NCBI GenBank assembly: GCA_045546995.1
Contig: JAZQDW010000067.1
Coordinates: forward strand, 1,864 to 65,863
From: Eubacteriales bacterium
GTDB lineage: Bacteria > Bacillota > Clostridia > Oscillospirales > QAKW01
Direction of reading: 5' to 3'
DNA length: 64,000 nt
In this document: positions 20,704-31,810 of the stretch, piece after piece
How positions within the stretch are numbered: the first letter of the stretch is position 1
Layout: each line of letters starts with the position of its first letter
Notes under the pieces: generated by a model
The model's database searches: none
What the model was told of the DNA's origin: nothing
The model's input: the letters and a program-made list of their open reading frames with translations, nothing else
Translations under genes and position numbers: made by a program

Positions 20704-21321
20704 ATGGCAACATATATTTTTATTATGGAGCTGATCGGTAGCGTGGCCTTTGCCATTTCGGGAGCCGTGCAGGCCATTCAGCACAAAATGGACGTATTCG
20801 GCGTAATGGTATTGGGGCTGGTCACCGCTGTGGGCGGCGGGATCGTACGTGACGTGATCATCGGTGACGTGCCGCCAAAAATGTTCCGCGATCCCACCTG
20901 CGCCATCGTAGCGCTGGTTACGTCGCTGATCGTCTTTTTCGTATTTCACCGCATCCAGTATGCAAAATGGGCGGAAAAACTGTTGTACGTCGCTGACAGT
21001 GTAGGGCTGGCGGTATTTACCGTAGTCGGTGTGGAGTGCGCCTATGTCATGGGACACAAATCGCTGACGCTGATGATCTTCGTCGGTGTAATCACCGGTG
21101 TGGGTGGCGGCCTCCTGCGGGACGTTTTTACCGGTACCATTCCCTATGTTTTCCGCAAACACGTCTACGCCACAGCTTCGCTGGCTGGAGTGCTGTCCAT
21201 TTGGCTCTGCTCCTTCGTCACCGATTTCACCGTTGCTATGGGTGTTGGTGCCGGAGTGATCGTCATCATCCGCTTGTTGGCCATCCTCCTCCACCTTAAT
21301 CTCCCCACCAGTCAAGAATAA
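20704..21321 (+). CDS. trimeric intracellular cation channel (UPF0126/YadS-like) membrane protein
   Basis: Duplicated glycine-rich motif VGGGIVRDV / VGGGLLRDV. ATG 20704 chosen; the track N-extension overlaps the upstream terminator. Confidence 0.75.
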   Translation: MATYIFIMELIGSVAFAISGAVQAIQHKMDVFGVMVLGLVTAVGGGIVRDVIIGDVPPKMFRDPTCAIVALVTSLIVFFVFHRIQYAKWAEKLLYVADSVGLAVFTVVGVECAYVMGHKSLTLMIFVGVITGVGGGLLRDVFTGTIPYVFRKHVYATASLAGVLSIWLCSFVTDFTVAMGVGAGVIVIIRLLAILLHLNLPTSQE

Positions 21322-21368
21322 AAAAGCCACTCTGTATAAAGTGTACCCTAAAGGGCAGTAATTCAAAA

Positions 21369-21400
21369 GGCAGAAACGATTAAATTCGTTTCTGCCTTTT
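21369..21400. terminator. bidirectional intrinsic terminator
   Basis: GGCAGAAACGA/TCGTTTCTGCC stem followed by a T-run. Confidence 0.7.
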
Positions 21401-21429
21401 ATCGTAAGGTTCAGCGTTTTATAATGTTT

Positions 21430-23214
21430 CTAATTGAAATCAAATGAAATTACAGGGATTTTTTTATGATTGCCCCAGTTATCAACGGGGATTAAAATAA
21501 GCTTATCAAATGTTTGATGAACGTTTATATGATAGGAGCGTTTTCGGTTATTTAAAATATGCAAAAGTTCATATTGACAACCATTTAATTCACCTATCAG
21601 TTTAAATTCCTTGCACAATGTTTTTGGCATACACATTTGTGGGCTGTCCAAACGATGATTGGCACGGGTTGAGTGTATGCGTTCGCAAACAGTTCCGGGA
21701 AGAGTATCACGATTTAAATCACTGCAAAACACAATATGTACAGCAGCTATGTTCGTTTGGCTGAAACTGTAACAGATTTGCTCGCCAGCATTTGCTATAT
21801 ATGAACAATTATTCTCGTCGGTATTATAAATACGATGTGCTCTATCCTGGCCATTCCTTATAACTTCGCTATTAATGTTAAGCTTGGCATTCAAACATAA
21901 TGAAGATATCTCTCTTGTTTTGGAAGGAAGAAAACAATCTTCATTCATAAGTAAATTCTGTAACAAATCAATTTTATTACAATATACATCGTGAGGGGTA
22001 AACCGATTTTTAACAGCAATAGATGCAGCTTTTCCTACGGCTTCTCCCAACAAAGCACACGTTGCCATAACACGGATACTACTCATCGCCGTATGTGTCA
22101 TACTGATGTTTCTTCCTGCAAAAAACAGATTTTCAACATTCTTTGAATACAAGGCCCGATAAGGTATTGAATAAGGTGCGGGTGTTGCATAATGAGTATT
22201 AGGAATCCCCTTATGGTAAAATCCCCCGGGGAAATGATCATCAAGGGGCCAACCTCCAAATGCAATTTCATCAGTAAAAATTTTTTCGTTACTGATGTCC
22301 TTCTGCGTAATCATATATTCACCGCACATTCTGCGAGATTCTCTTTTACCCGGTAAAAATCCCAAAAAGTCCAAATCCCATTTCGATGCATTATATTTTC
22401 CCGAGTTTTTTATATAATCCCATGTTCCTGTAGCAAGAGCAATAAGTTCATCTCTCAATTCTTCTGTATCATCAATGGTGTTTTTGTTGCCGCCTAACTC
22501 AAGATACCAGAAGTTTTCGGAGTCATTATATATATCCGGCCTTCTGTTTGTAAAGTCCTCCTCTGTCAGGGGTGTACTCCATAAAGGAGGAATAAATTCT
22601 ATATTTTGAGTGGTTTCACGCCCTTGAATCAAACAAGACATACCCATTGTCATCTCATCGGCAACTTTTGTTTCTGTACATTCTCCAAATTCACTGTCTG
22701 CCTCGCGTCCTATGCGAAACTGGGCATCGCAAAGAGGGGCAAGAATACTGTCGCCTGAACTATCACAAAAAAAGTGAGCCTTAACTTCATAAAAACATTG
22801 TGTTGTCATCTGATATCCAATAACCGTATTTATTTTAGTATCACGATTATATTTAAATTCGCCTTTTTCAACTGTTGCATCCATACAGGTGCAATTTAAA
22901 AGCAAGGTGATATTTTCTTCGCGCCGAACGAAATCATACAATACTGTATCCCATATTGCATAGCTTTTTGTCGGGTTTCGATATAGATTTTCCAAAGCGA
23001 TTTCTTCCAATATACCCGTTTCACGATTATCTCTGCCTTTTGCTCCACATATCCACATTCGTATTTCAGATGAAGCATTACCACCTAAAATGGGGCGTTC
23101 ATGCATAAGTACCACCTTTAGACCCTCTCTCGAAGCTGAAATTGCGGCAGCTATACCTGACATACCACCACCCACAACACACAAATCACAATCGATTAAT
23201 CTCTTTTTCAGCAA
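21430..23214 (-). CDS. FAD-dependent oxidoreductase (594 aa)
   Basis: N-terminal dinucleotide-binding CVVGGGMSGIAAA. The gene is visibly more AT-rich than its surroundings. Confidence 0.75.
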   Translation of the reverse strand: MLKKRLIDCDLCVVGGGMSGIAAAISASREGLKVVLMHERPILGGNASSEIRMWICGAKGRDNRETGILEEIALENLYRNPTKSYAIWDTVLYDFVRREENITLLLNCTCMDATVEKGEFKYNRDTKINTVIGYQMTTQCFYEVKAHFFCDSSGDSILAPLCDAQFRIGREADSEFGECTETKVADEMTMGMSCLIQGRETTQNIEFIPPLWSTPLTEEDFTNRRPDIYNDSENFWYLELGGNKNTIDDTEELRDELIALATGTWDYIKNSGKYNASKWDLDFLGFLPGKRESRRMCGEYMITQKDISNEKIFTDEIAFGGWPLDDHFPGGFYHKGIPNTHYATPAPYSIPYRALYSKNVENLFFAGRNISMTHTAMSSIRVMATCALLGEAVGKAASIAVKNRFTPHDVYCNKIDLLQNLLMNEDCFLPSKTREISSLCLNAKLNINSEVIRNGQDRAHRIYNTDENNCSYIANAGEQICYSFSQTNIAAVHIVFCSDLNRDTLPGTVCERIHSTRANHRLDSPQMCMPKTLCKEFKLIGELNGCQYELLHILNNRKRSYHINVHQTFDKLILIPVDNWGNHKKIPVISFDFN

Positions 23215-23328
23215 AGCAATATTCCTCCTCTGATTGACAAAATTGTTATTTGTAGTATAATTGTATTATATTTCTGATGAATTTTCTATGAATAAAACGC
23301 CAAAAAATATAAAGAAAATGCAAACTAT

Positions 23329-24141
23329 ATGAATAATCTTATTAAAAATATCGCTTCATACCTCAATTATCTGAACAAGGAATGCGGATTAATTGTTTCC
23401 GTACACTTTAGGAAAGATGTGTTTAACCATATACACGATAGTTTGGCATCAATCATTTTGCCTTACAACCGCCACACAAACTCATATTGTGTAATGGTAA
23501 AAAACGCAAATCACAACAAATGTTTACTGAATCAGAAAACAATTTTAACAAAATGCCAAAAAGGAGAAGCTTTTTGCCATATTTGTCACGCAGAAGTGCA
23601 TGAATACATATATCCCATTTGCAAAAATGATAATACGGTAGGGTTTATTGCTGTCAGCGGATACAGAAGGAATGATCCAACTGAATGTAATATTTTAAAT
23701 TACAATTTATGGAAAAGTGCCCTTGGCACAGAAATTCCTTTAAAAATATGTAATTCGGTTATTCCACCGCTTAGCACTATGCTTGAATGTGCGTTGCATA
23801 CATATTGGGTAGAAAATGGTGATGAATATAATCAAATATTGCAATTATTATATGAATATCACTCAAATATTACCCTTTCTGATTTAACGCAACATTTTCA
23901 CAGAAGTAAATCGAATATCAGCCATCTGTTTAAGAAAGAAAACGGTATGACCATTCGTGCCTACTGCAACAAGCTAAAGCTGGAAGATGCAAAAAAACTT
24001 CTTTTAGAAACAGATATCCCTATTACGGAAGTTGCACTGAATGTTGGGTTTAATGATACAAGCTATTTTATTCATCTTTTCAAAAACAAGTATGGAATAT
24101 CACCGCTTCAATATCGAAAAGCAAATAAATATACAAAATAA
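23329..24141 (+). CDS. AraC family regulator with Cys-containing N-terminal sensor domain (PocR-like?)
   Basis: C-terminal AraC HTH (GFNDTSYFIHLFKNKYGISPLQYRK). AT-rich. Divergent from the FAD oxidoreductase. Confidence 0.75.
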   Translation: MNNLIKNIASYLNYLNKECGLIVSVHFRKDVFNHIHDSLASIILPYNRHTNSYCVMVKNANHNKCLLNQKTILTKCQKGEAFCHICHAEVHEYIYPICKNDNTVGFIAVSGYRRNDPTECNILNYNLWKSALGTEIPLKICNSVIPPLSTMLECALHTYWVENGDEYNQILQLLYEYHSNITLSDLTQHFHRSKSNISHLFKKENGMTIRAYCNKLKLEDAKKLLLETDIPITEVALNVGFNDTSYFIHLFKNKYGISPLQYRKANKYTK

Positions 24142-24186
24142 CGAGAGGTTTAGTGGCAATATTAAAAATAAATATTCATATATAGT

Positions 24187-24220
24187 AAAACGTGAATGCG
24201 AAACACCGCATTCACGTTTT
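24187..24220. terminator. bidirectional intrinsic terminator
   Basis: 12-bp stem AACGTGAATGCG/CGCATTCACGTT flanked by A- and T-runs. Confidence 0.7.
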
Positions 24221-24257
24221 ATTATTATTTAGAGTCCCCTCATACAGAGTAGCTTTT

Positions 24258-25475
24258 TTATGGATTTTCTTTACGAAGGATGTCCATAGGACTCAGAGGT
24301 ATACTGCAGGGCATATACAACAGTTGTTGCGAATGAGGGGCATCGGGTACGCTCTCCCCCTCCTCCGTCACAAGACTTTCCACCCGTAAGGCAAAATCGT
24401 CCCGATGGGGGGAAAGCACCTCCAGCATATCCCCCACGGCAAATTTATTTTTCTGTCGGATCAGCGCCACGCCGTCCTTCCACGATTCCACCGTTGCCAC
24501 CACGTCGTAGGGACGGATATAACCGCCGTCCAGCGGGTTAAAGCCGTCCTCTCCCATCGGAGCGTAATAAAAGCCGGTGGAAAAATCCCGATGCGAGGCC
24601 TTTCCGGCCTGTATCAGATAACGTTCTCCGTTTTCAAGCATACCGCGGGCGCAATATTCGTCAATGGCCTGCCGATACGCCTTGACGGTGGTGGCAACGT
24701 AATAAAAGGTTTTCATCCGTCCTTCGATCTTAAAGCTGTCCACGCCGGCCTCGATCAGCTCGTCCACGTGCTGTACCATACAAAGATCCTTGGAGTTGAA
24801 AATATACGTTCCTTTACCGTCCTGCTCCACGGGAAAATACTGGCCCTCCCGTTTGGCCTCGGTCATCGTATATTCCCAGCGGCAGGGTTGGGCGCAGGCG
24901 CCCCGATTGGCATCCCGCCCCGTCAAAAAGGCGGACAAATGGCACCGTCCCGATACCGACATACACATAGCGCCGTGGACAAAGCACTCGATCTCCAGTT
25001 TGTCCCCCACGGCGGCGCGGATGGCGCGAATCTGCTCCAACGACACCTCCCTAGCCAACACCACACGGGTGGCCCCCAGCGCGGCATATTGCAGCGCCGT
25101 GACAGCGTTGGTGATATTGGCCTGGGTCGAAACGTGGATCGCCACGTTGGGAGCATACTGTTTTGCCAGCGCCATCACACCGATATCCGCAATGATAAAC
25201 GCATCCGGGCCGATGGCGGCCATCGTTTTGAAAAATTCCGGCAGACGCGCGGTTTCCTGTTCGGTGGGATAGGTGTTGACCGTGACGTACACCTTGACTC
25301 CTTGACCGTGGCACAGCGTAATTGCCTGCCGCAACTCGTCCAGATCAAAATTGCCAGCCGCGGCACGCATACCGAATTCACGGTACGCCAAGTATACCGC
25401 GTCAGCGCCGTAAGCAAGAGCGTATTCCAATCGGGTCATATCCCCTACCGGCGCCAAAAGTTCAGGTCGTTTCAT
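24258..25475 (-). CDS. peptidase U32 family protein
   Basis: MKRPELLAPVG...GADAVY...VYVTVN pattern. ATG 25475 chosen. Confidence 0.8.
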   Translation of the reverse strand: MKRPELLAPVGDMTRLEYALAYGADAVYLAYREFGMRAAAGNFDLDELRQAITLCHGQGVKVYVTVNTYPTEQETARLPEFFKTMAAIGPDAFIIADIGVMALAKQYAPNVAIHVSTQANITNAVTALQYAALGATRVVLAREVSLEQIRAIRAAVGDKLEIECFVHGAMCMSVSGRCHLSAFLTGRDANRGACAQPCRWEYTMTEAKREGQYFPVEQDGKGTYIFNSKDLCMVQHVDELIEAGVDSFKIEGRMKTFYYVATTVKAYRQAIDEYCARGMLENGERYLIQAGKASHRDFSTGFYYAPMGEDGFNPLDGGYIRPYDVVATVESWKDGVALIRQKNKFAVGDMLEVLSPHRDDFALRVESLVTEEGESVPDAPHSQQLLYMPCSIPLSPMDILRKENP

Positions 25476-25534
25476 ATTCTTCCTCACAATCAAAGCACTC
25501 CGATGAAACGCCATCGGAGTGCCTTTGTTTTATT

Positions 25535-26827
25535 TTACGATACGGTACTGGTTCCGCCGGTGCCGTTGCCCGCTTTTTTAACATTGGAGAGATGCTCGCT
25601 GTAGGTTTTGGAGAAGAGCGTGCCCTCGGATGAGGCAACGAAGAAATAATAATCCGTATCTGCCGGATCCAGCGCCGCCTTAATGGCATCCAGACCGGGA
25701 CAGGAAATGGGACCGGGCGGCAAGCCTTTGTTGATATAAGTATTATAAGGATTGTTCATTTCGGTATCGGCGTAGGACAATACCGGTTTCCGTTCGGGCA
25801 GAACGTACTGCACTGTGGCGCAGGACTCAAGATAAGGATAGGTCTCCGAATCAAGACGGTTATAGAATACACTGGCCACCTTGGGGAATTCCTTACTGTT
25901 GGCGCCCTCCCGTTCAACGATGGAGGCCATGGTAATGATCTCGTCCAAGGTATACTTACTCTTACTGAGCAGTTTTGCGATCTCGTCCTTCTCGATCTTC
26001 TTTTTGAAGTTATCGAGCATAGTGGTGATCATACCGACCTCATCCCCCAGATATACCTCGTAGGTATCGGGGAACAAATAGCCCTCCAGGCGGTTGTTCC
26101 GCTTGGGAAGTCCCTCCAAAAAGGCATAATCAAACTTGTGATCGGCCAAAACCTTTTCCAGCACCGCACGATCTGCCTGCGCCTCGCTGACCAGCAGATC
26201 CACGATCTCCCGTTGTTCCATACCCTCGGTAATGGTGATCTTGACCACATCCCGCTTTTCACTGTTTTTCTTCAAAGCGGTAATGATCTCTTTATAACAC
26301 ATATTGGAATTCAACTCGTACTCACCGTACTGAAAGCCGGTGGTCTTTTTGAATTTACAATATCCCTGAAAGGCAAGAGACGAGTCGATAACGCCGTTGT
26401 TTTTCAGTACCTCACCGATCTGCTTGGCAGAGGCACCCTTGGGCACGGTGACCACGATCACCTCATCCTCTTTGACAAAGGCGTTGATATCGTTGGCGGC
26501 CACGACGATGCACCAGGTGATCAGTACCGAAATGGTAACCAATACAACATAAAAAATGATATGCTTTGTAAATTTAATCATATTCTTTTTTGAAAATAAC
26601 TCCGCAAAGTCAAAACGTTCTTTTTCCGCATTATGCGCCACCGTTTCGGGCACTGCCCGTGTATGGCGACGAATCCGTTCCCGATCCCCCAGGCGCACAG
26701 GCCGTGTTTCGGACGAGGTATGACCGCTGCGGCGATAACTGCCGGCCGGCTGATCGCCGTTATTGCGTCGCCCCGTGTAGGAACCGGTGGATGCCCTGCG
26801 CGGTGTTTGATTATTTTGATCGCTCAC
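25535..26827 (-). CDS. mltG: endolytic transglycosylase MltG (YceG-like)
   Basis: Single TM then a YceG domain with EGYLFPDTYEV. GTG 26827 lies 8 nt after AAGGAGG; the track start is 26887. Confidence 0.8.
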   Translation of the reverse strand: MSDQNNQTPRRASTGSYTGRRNNGDQPAGSYRRSGHTSSETRPVRLGDRERIRRHTRAVPETVAHNAEKERFDFAELFSKKNMIKFTKHIIFYVVLVTISVLITWCIVVAANDINAFVKEDEVIVVTVPKGASAKQIGEVLKNNGVIDSSLAFQGYCKFKKTTGFQYGEYELNSNMCYKEIITALKKNSEKRDVVKITITEGMEQREIVDLLVSEAQADRAVLEKVLADHKFDYAFLEGLPKRNNRLEGYLFPDTYEVYLGDEVGMITTMLDNFKKKIEKDEIAKLLSKSKYTLDEIITMASIVEREGANSKEFPKVASVFYNRLDSETYPYLESCATVQYVLPERKPVLSYADTEMNNPYNTYINKGLPPGPISCPGLDAIKAALDPADTDYYFFVASSEGTLFSKTYSEHLSNVKKAGNGTGGTSTVS

Positions 26828-26954
26828 GACATTGACCTCCTTTGCACGATTACAATTATTATATAATATATTTTTGAATTTGTCCACACTTTTGCCAATT
26901 CTTTCACCAATCCTTTACTTTCTCATACACTGAAAAGTGAAGGAGTGATCGTTT

Positions 26955-28010
26955 ATGCATACATTTCTCGCCGCCAACACGGCAAACGGCTTTTACAGTC
27001 TGTTTGACGAGTTGTGCAGGCAGACAGACCATAATATATTGCTGATCAAAGGAGGGCCGGGTACCGGCAAAAGTACCCTGATGCGTACCATCGCTGACGC
27101 CGCCGAGCAGAAAGGGTATCGGGTGGAGCGCATTCACTGCTCCTCCGACCATAACTCGCTGGACGGTGTGGTGGTGACGGAAAAACGGCTGATCCTGTTG
27201 GACGCCACCCCACCCCACTGCGTAGATCCGAAATATCCCGGAGCAGTGGAGCAAATCCTGCCGCTGGGAGAATATTGGGATCGAAGCAAGTTGATCCCCC
27301 ACCGTCGAAAAATCATCCGACTGACGGAAGAGATCCATCACTTGTTTACCCGCATTTATCGGTTATTACACGGCGTGGGAACGTTGCAACAATACAGCGA
27401 CGGTTTACTGGAGCCGACGTTTGATACACTGCGGGGCGAAAAAGCCGTACAGAAGATCCTGTCCCGACAAGCGGCCACCGATCAACATCGAACGGCCACC
27501 GTCACGAAACGCTTTCTTTCCGCCATTACCGCAGAGGGGCACGTTTTGTTCGAGGATGCCTTTGCAAATTGCCGCAACGTTGTGATGATCGAGGACAGTT
27601 TTGACGACGGACATCGGCTGACTGCCCTGTTTGATGCACGATTGCTCGCCTTAGGGTATGACCGGACGGTGTTTTGTGATCCGTTGTTACCGCAAAGGAT
27701 CGACCACATTTACGTCCCTGCGCTGGATCTGGGCATTCTGCGGCAAAACAGCCGCCTGCAATGGAAACAACCCCTTTCGGTCGAGCGTACCATTCATATG
27801 CGACAGCTGAGCGATCACGAACAACTCTCCGAAATCAAAAACAAACTGCAATTTGCCAAAAAACTGTGCCGAAGTATCTATGATGAGGTAGCAGAGTTGA
27901 TGGCAAGCGAAAAAGCTTTACACGATGAATTAGAACAATGTTATATAGAGGCAATGGACTTTGACGCCTTACAAGAGAAAGCGGATGAATTGCGGTCGAC
28001 GTTGCTGTAA
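26955..28010 (+). CDS. P-loop ATPase, function unknown
   Basis: Walker A GGPGTGKST. No further assignment. Confidence 0.6.
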   Translation: MHTFLAANTANGFYSLFDELCRQTDHNILLIKGGPGTGKSTLMRTIADAAEQKGYRVERIHCSSDHNSLDGVVVTEKRLILLDATPPHCVDPKYPGAVEQILPLGEYWDRSKLIPHRRKIIRLTEEIHHLFTRIYRLLHGVGTLQQYSDGLLEPTFDTLRGEKAVQKILSRQAATDQHRTATVTKRFLSAITAEGHVLFEDAFANCRNVVMIEDSFDDGHRLTALFDARLLALGYDRTVFCDPLLPQRIDHIYVPALDLGILRQNSRLQWKQPLSVERTIHMRQLSDHEQLSEIKNKLQFAKKLCRSIYDEVAELMASEKALHDELEQCYIEAMDFDALQEKADELRSTLL

Positions 28011-28041
28011 AAAAGACAAGGGAATGTTTTTCCCTTGTCTT

Positions 28042-29901
28042 TTATTCTTCTTCCAGTTCCAGCCATTCATCGGTCAGATCTGAAATTTTTTGCTTATTTT
28101 CTGCCAAAGCATCACAGAACTGTTGCAGTTTTTGATAGTCGTTTTCGCCGGCGGACAGTTTCGCCTCCAGTTCGGCGTTTTCCTGCTCCAGCGCCTCCAT
28201 TTCCCGCTCAATGGCCGCAAGACGGGCACGGCGTTTGGCCAAACGGGCGCGTTCCTTTTTATCCTTATGATAGGAGGTATTGTCTGTCGACTTTTTCTCT
28301 GTCGGTTCCTTCGACGGAGCGATGAAGGTATTTTGATATTCCTCCAAACTTGCAAACCGTTGCAGGCCGGCAGGTGTCATACAATAGATGGCCGTGGGTA
28401 CACGGGAAAGCAGATATCGGTCATGAGAGATCATCAACAGCGTTCCCTCATAGGCCGCCAGCGCATCCTCCAGATTTTCACGGCTGGCCAGGTCCAGATG
28501 GTTGGTCGGCTCGTCCAGCATCAAAACGTTATCTCCATCCCGCATCAGGCGGGCAAAGCTGACGCCGGCCTTCTGTCCGCCGCTAAGGGTGGAAATGGGC
28601 GCAAAAACCGCCTCCCCCTTCAGTTGAACGGCTGCCAGCAGATCACGGATCACGCCGTCGGCATCGCCCACGTGATCTTCTCTTATTTGCTCCAGCGGCG
28701 TAAGAGACGGGTCAAGAGCAGCACCGTGCTGATCGAAATAACCGATCTCAACACCTTTGCCCCAACAGATCTCTTTACCTTCCGATTGCAAAAGACGGTT
28801 AAAAAGCGTGGTCTTTCCGACGCCGTTTTGTCCCACCAAAGCAATTTTTTCACCTCGTTTAATTTCTATTTCGATTTTTTTACACAGTTCCCGCTCGCCG
28901 ATGGTCAGCGACATCGGTTGCACTGAAAGCACGTCAAAGCCGCTTTTCCGTGTGACGGAAAAAGAAAACCGCATTCCACGGTGCGCCGGCGGCGGAAGTT
29001 GTGGAATTTCCAGCTTTTCCAACTGTTTGCGGCGGCTCTTGGCCATAGCAGAGGTGGAGGCGCGTACCAGATTGCGCGCCACGTAATCCTCCAGTTGCGC
29101 CTTTTGCAGCATTGCCTTATCATATTCACGCCGCAGGGTCAGGCACCGCTCTTCCCGCAGCGTCTTATATTTGGAATAATTTCCGGGGTAGCAGACCAGA
29201 TGGGGCTGTTCCACTTCCCAGATTTGACTGACGGTGCGGTCGAGAAAATAGCGATCATGGGAGACCATCAGCACCGCGCCCTTATATTCCGCCAAAAAGT
29301 CCTCCAAAAAATGCAAGGTGGCAAAATCCAAATGGTTGGTCGGCTCGTCCAGCATCAACAGCTCCGGGGCGCTGAGAAGTAATTTACCCAAAGACAAGCG
29401 AACACGCTCACCGCCCGAAAGGTGATCCACCACCCGATCCCACCACGAGGCATCAAAGCCAAGACCGGTCAGTACACGGGCGATACGCACGTCGATATTA
29501 TAGCCGTCGGCGGCCTCAAACTGCTGTGTCAGGCTCTGCAAACGGTGTAACAGCACGGCGTCCTCCGCCTCTCCCGCGCCAAGCTGACGGCGGCACTGCT
29601 CCATCTGTTCCTCAATGGTCAGAGTGTCGGCAAAGACGCTACGCATTTCGGCGATCACAGTATTGCCGCTGGAAAGGGGCGTGTTTTGCCGCAAATAGCC
29701 CACCCGCACGTTTTTACCCAAGATCACCTCACCGCCGTCAGCAGGCAATAATCCGGCGATCACATTGAGCAGGGTGGATTTACCGGCGCCGTTGATACCG
29801 ATCATACCGATGCGGTCCCCTTCCTCGATCTTGGCATTGATGGAGGAAAGGACGGTATGCTCACCGTAGCTTTTTTCAATTTCCTTAAGTGTTAATATCA
29901 T
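28042..29901 (-). CDS. ABC-F family ATPase (tandem ABC domains, no TM)
   Basis: Two Walker A sites (GINGAGKST, GQNGVGKTT), two LSGG signatures, C-terminal coiled-coil tail. Confidence 0.9.
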   Translation of the reverse strand: MILTLKEIEKSYGEHTVLSSINAKIEEGDRIGMIGINGAGKSTLLNVIAGLLPADGGEVILGKNVRVGYLRQNTPLSSGNTVIAEMRSVFADTLTIEEQMEQCRRQLGAGEAEDAVLLHRLQSLTQQFEAADGYNIDVRIARVLTGLGFDASWWDRVVDHLSGGERVRLSLGKLLLSAPELLMLDEPTNHLDFATLHFLEDFLAEYKGAVLMVSHDRYFLDRTVSQIWEVEQPHLVCYPGNYSKYKTLREERCLTLRREYDKAMLQKAQLEDYVARNLVRASTSAMAKSRRKQLEKLEIPQLPPPAHRGMRFSFSVTRKSGFDVLSVQPMSLTIGERELCKKIEIEIKRGEKIALVGQNGVGKTTLFNRLLQSEGKEICWGKGVEIGYFDQHGAALDPSLTPLEQIREDHVGDADGVIRDLLAAVQLKGEAVFAPISTLSGGQKAGVSFARLMRDGDNVLMLDEPTNHLDLASRENLEDALAAYEGTLLMISHDRYLLSRVPTAIYCMTPAGLQRFASLEEYQNTFIAPSKEPTEKKSTDNTSYHKDKKERARLAKRRARLAAIEREMEALEQENAELEAKLSAGENDYQKLQQFCDALAENKQKISDLTDEWLELEEE

Positions 29902-30431
29902 AAAGGGTACTCCAAAACATAGGTGGTGATTTGGTGATATTCGGCCGTAGCCTTAATAACAAAACCGCGGGAAAGATACATCTGCAGATGCTGATCACCG
30001 AAGATCTCGGTCAGCGGGGTCAGCCTCTCCCGTCTGCAATAGGCAATAAAATGATCGATCATTTTACCCGCCCAGCCCTGACCGCGATGGTCGGGAGCCA
30101 CCGCCATAATGTCAAGCACCGCAAAATCTCGGTAATAATATTGATCCAAAATCTGAAAACGATTCAGTTCCTCCAGCGCGGGCGGACAGTCAAAATCCTC
30201 CTCCGGCGGGCTATCCCAGCGATACAGGCATAGCACACCCTCCAATGCATCGGATGGCGTGTAAAGCAATAGCTCTTTACAGTTCGAAAGATAGCCGTAA
30301 AAGAACTGATACAGCCATTGCCGTCCGTCGGAATGGCCGCGCAGGCAATGAGCAAAAGCAGGGTCGCCAAAAAAGCCATCGGCAAACAGCTTTGCCGCCG
30401 TTTCGATTTGTTGCTCCTGCAATAATTGCAT
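29898..30431 (-). CDS. GNAT family N-acetyltransferase
   Basis: Acetyl-CoA binding-like HRGQGWAGKM. 4-nt overlap with the ABC-F gene. Confidence 0.7.
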   Translation of the reverse strand: MQLLQEQQIETAAKLFADGFFGDPAFAHCLRGHSDGRQWLYQFFYGYLSNCKELLLYTPSDALEGVLCLYRWDSPPEEDFDCPPALEELNRFQILDQYYYRDFAVLDIMAVAPDHRGQGWAGKMIDHFIAYCRRERLTPLTEIFGDQHLQMYLSRGFVIKATAEYHQITTYVLEYPL

Positions 30432-30535
30432 CCAAACGCCCTCCTTTTTTCATAATAAACTCATTATAACACATTCTGCGTCGGTATAAAACAGTTTTTT
30501 TGAGAAAAACTAACAGAAATCGAAGGAGGGATCGA

Positions 30536-31810
30536 ATGAAATATACGATTGCAAAAATCAATGCACAAATGATCTTAGACAGCCGAGGGATGCCGACCGT
30601 GCAGGCACGGGTAGAAACGAGTGACGGCGCCCTGGGTGTGGCGGCCGTTCCCAGCGGCGCCTCCACCGGAAAATATGAAGCGGTGGAAAAGCGAGACAAG
30701 CGGGAGGCATTCGGCGGCAAAGGGGTAAGCGATGCCATCGGAGGGATTTATGAAGAGATCGCTCCGGCGCTGGAAGGCAAAAACATTTTTGCCCAATGGG
30801 AGCTGGACCGTGCCATGATCGAGCTGGACGGAACCCCCGGCAAGGAGCGACTGGGAGCCAATGCCATACTGGCCGTTTCGCTGGCCTGCGCCCGCGCGGC
30901 GGCCGCCGCCAAGCAAAGTCCCCTGTTCCGTTATCTGGGAGGCCTGGATGCCTGCATTATGCCGGTACCGATGATGAACATTCTCAACGGCGGCGCGCAC
31001 GCTTCCAATGCCTTGGACTTTCAGGAATTTATGATTATGCCGGTAGGCGCGGACAGCTTTAGCGACGGACTGCAGATGGGGGTTGGCGTTTATCACGCCT
31101 TACGGCGATTATTAAAGGAAAAAGGGCTTTCCACCGCCGTGGGCGACGAGGGTGGCTTTGCCCCCGAGATTGACAGCGAATATACCGCCCTGGAGCTGCT
31201 TTGCGATGCGGTCACAGCCGCCGGATACCGCCCCGGAGAGGACGTGGTGTTTGCGCTGGACGCCGCCGCCTCGGAATGGATCAAGGGAGATCACTACCAT
31301 CTGCCCAAGGCGGATCGGGAAATACAGGAGGCAGAACTTATGGAGCAGTATCGCCGTCTGTGCAGCGCTTTTCCCATTCGTTCTATTGAAGATCCCTTTG
31401 GGGAGGAATCCTTTGACGGATTTCGGCAGTTGACCCATCATTTTGCCGGTCAGGTGCAGATCGTGGGAGATGATCTATTCGTCACCAACCCCAACCGTCT
31501 GCTACACGGCATTCAAAGCAGAAGCGCCAATGCCATTCTGATCAAACCCAATCAGGTGGGCACACTGAGCGAAACGATGGAAACAGTGCGGCTGGCCAAA
31601 CGGCACGGATATCGCTGCATTATGTCCCATCGCAGCGGCGAAACGGAGGACACCACCATTGCTGACCTTGCCGTAGCGTTGGGATGCGGTCAGATCAAGA
31701 CCGGCGCCCCCGCCAGAAGCGAGCGTGTCTGCAAATACAACCGTCTGCTGCGCATCGAGCAAATGTTGGGAAGCAGCGCCTACTATCCCGGACGGAGTGT
31801 GATGAACTGA
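30536..31810 (+). CDS. eno: enolase (phosphopyruvate hydratase)
   Basis: ILDSRG...VPSGASTG...SHRSGETED...[12 protein letters not shown] 30536 after GAAGGAGGG. Confidence 0.9.
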   Translation: MKYTIAKINAQMILDSRGMPTVQARVETSDGALGVAAVPSGASTGKYEAVEKRDKREAFGGKGVSDAIGGIYEEIAPALEGKNIFAQWELDRAMIELDGTPGKERLGANAILAVSLACARAAAAAKQSPLFRYLGGLDACIMPVPMMNILNGGAHASNALDFQEFMIMPVGADSFSDGLQMGVGVYHALRRLLKEKGLSTAVGDEGGFAPEIDSEYTALELLCDAVTAAGYRPGEDVVFALDAAASEWIKGDHYHLPKADREIQEAELMEQYRRLCSAFPIRSIEDPFGEESFDGFRQLTHHFAGQVQIVGDDLFVTNPNRLLHGIQSRSANAILIKPNQVGTLSETMETVRLAKRHGYRCIMSHRSGETEDTTIADLAVALGCGQIKTGAPARSERVCKYNRLLRIEQMLGSSAYYPGRSVMN

